Assembly: GCF_035594765.1 (NCBI RefSeq) | Contig: NC_085842.1 | Coordinates: forward strand, 64,766,782 to 64,830,781 | Source: Anolis carolinensis | Taxonomy: Eukaryota | Direction: 5' to 3' | DNA length: 64,000 nt | In this document: positions 62,669-64,000 of the stretch, in pieces | Layout of the letters: each line of letters opens with the position of its first letter | Numbering within the stretch: the stretch's first letter is position 1 | Position numbers and translations under genes: made by a program | Notes under the pieces: generated by a model | The model's database searches: none | What the model was told of the DNA's origin: nothing | The model's input: the letters and a program-made list of their open reading frames with translations, nothing else

Positions 62669-64000
62669 ATATTTGCAAAATGTGTCTAAGTGTTGCTGGG
62701 CTATATGCCATTGATGGAAATAAAAGACGCAGACAAGTGCCTTAGAGAAGTTGAGTTCCTGCCAAAAGATACTGAGTTTAGTGCTCATAGATTCCATTTT
62801 TTTTAATTTGGGCACAGAAAAAGTATAGATAGATGGATGGATTGATTTTTGTTATGTGCTGAAATGAAAATATTGAATTTTTTGAGCTCTAAACCCAGCA
62901 TCTTTATATATGTGTGTGTCTGTGTCTGTGTATGTTCTGAGTGAAAGATCCAGACATATAACCTGGTCTTTTTCTCTGACTGAGGTCAACAAAAAAGAAG
63001 AGAAAGTAACCATTGGAAAAGAAGTCCCAGGTCCTCACCAGCAAGTTTAAGAATTGTGTCTAAGTGAACTACAGAAGCTGATATCATAGTCAGTCCCTCT
63101 TCACTTCTTCTATCAGTTGCTGTTAATATGTACTAAAGTATAAGAGAATGCTGCCGTGCTTGGTTTCAATTTGGTGTTGTTGCATTACATTTCTCTTAAG
63201 TTGCTTTCTCTCTCTCTCTCCTTTTTCTTCTCTTTCTTTTTTCTTCTTCTTTTTTTTTGGTTTGGATACACCAGATAATTCCCAGACGTTCGGGCTGGTT
63301 TTCATTGTTCTGACTTGGACCTAATCAGGTAGCTGTTAGGAAAAGATTTGTTCTTCCTGTTGCTCTGTGGCACTTTTTGCCTGCAGGGTTTCACCCCTTA
63401 CTCTTCATGAGCTGAATAATGAGAGATTGCTATATGAATGTGTTGTTTAAAAGCAGCCATGTTTTTCATTCAGAATAAGCTGTGCATGTCCAACATATTC
63501 ATAACCATTCAGTGAATGCTTCTGATTTAGTTTGACTTTAAATATAAAACATCATGCTTTTAATAAGAAAGGACAAATGAGCCAAGCTGAAGTATCAGCT
63601 ATTTCCCTTCATTATTAATTTCAGTAGACATTTTCTAAAGGTGGATAGACAAAAGTTGTTTTTCGTGGTGCATTTTCATTGATTAATAATAAAAATAATA
63701 ATTTTATTTTTTTGCTTAGTTTTTTATTGAGTATTGGGAATACATTAAAAAAGAGAGAAGGAGATAAAAGAGAAAAAAAAACGAACGAGGTCAACAAACA
63801 AACCCACATTATGTTCCATTTAGCATACATAGTAGACCATCTGTACTTATTTTTCTTTACATTGAAAGTAGGAGAACATAAGTGGAGCAGGAAAGTAGGA
63901 AAATAAGATGAGGGTGAAGCCCTATATATATATATATATATAAAGGTACAACAACAAGGCAAAACAAACCTAAACAAGGCAAAACAAACCTAAACAGAGC

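Overview
AT-rich vertebrate genomic DNA. The repeat content (Sauria SINE, Anolis-type SINE2, Penelope/Poseidon, R4/Dong, L1, CR1, L2, RTE, Helitron, MITEs) points to a squamate, most likely an Anolis lizard. The window lies inside EEFSEC (selenocysteine-specific elongation factor, + strand). Two coding exons are present (31114-31755, 54147-54303); the rest is intron packed with nested mobile elements. Highlights: (1) two diverged solo LTRs share an ~84-codon ORF starting at the LTR 5' edge, with a synonymous-substitution signature and a C-terminal RRSxRIAA motif resembling the HMGN nucleosome-binding core; (2) three Penelope insertions with inverted arms carry hammerhead-ribozyme motifs on both strands, and one forms a ~390-bp near-perfect palindrome; (3) a full-length L1 with a 17-bp TSD and a single ORF2 frameshift; (4) a three-layer L1>LTR>L1 nest; (5) a composite Helitron, plus a second copy cut off exactly at a MITE edge; (6) a minisatellite built from CR1 3' ends. 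No prokaryotic-type system, CRISPR array or genuine rRNA/tRNA gene was found. Family names come from recognition, not database searches.
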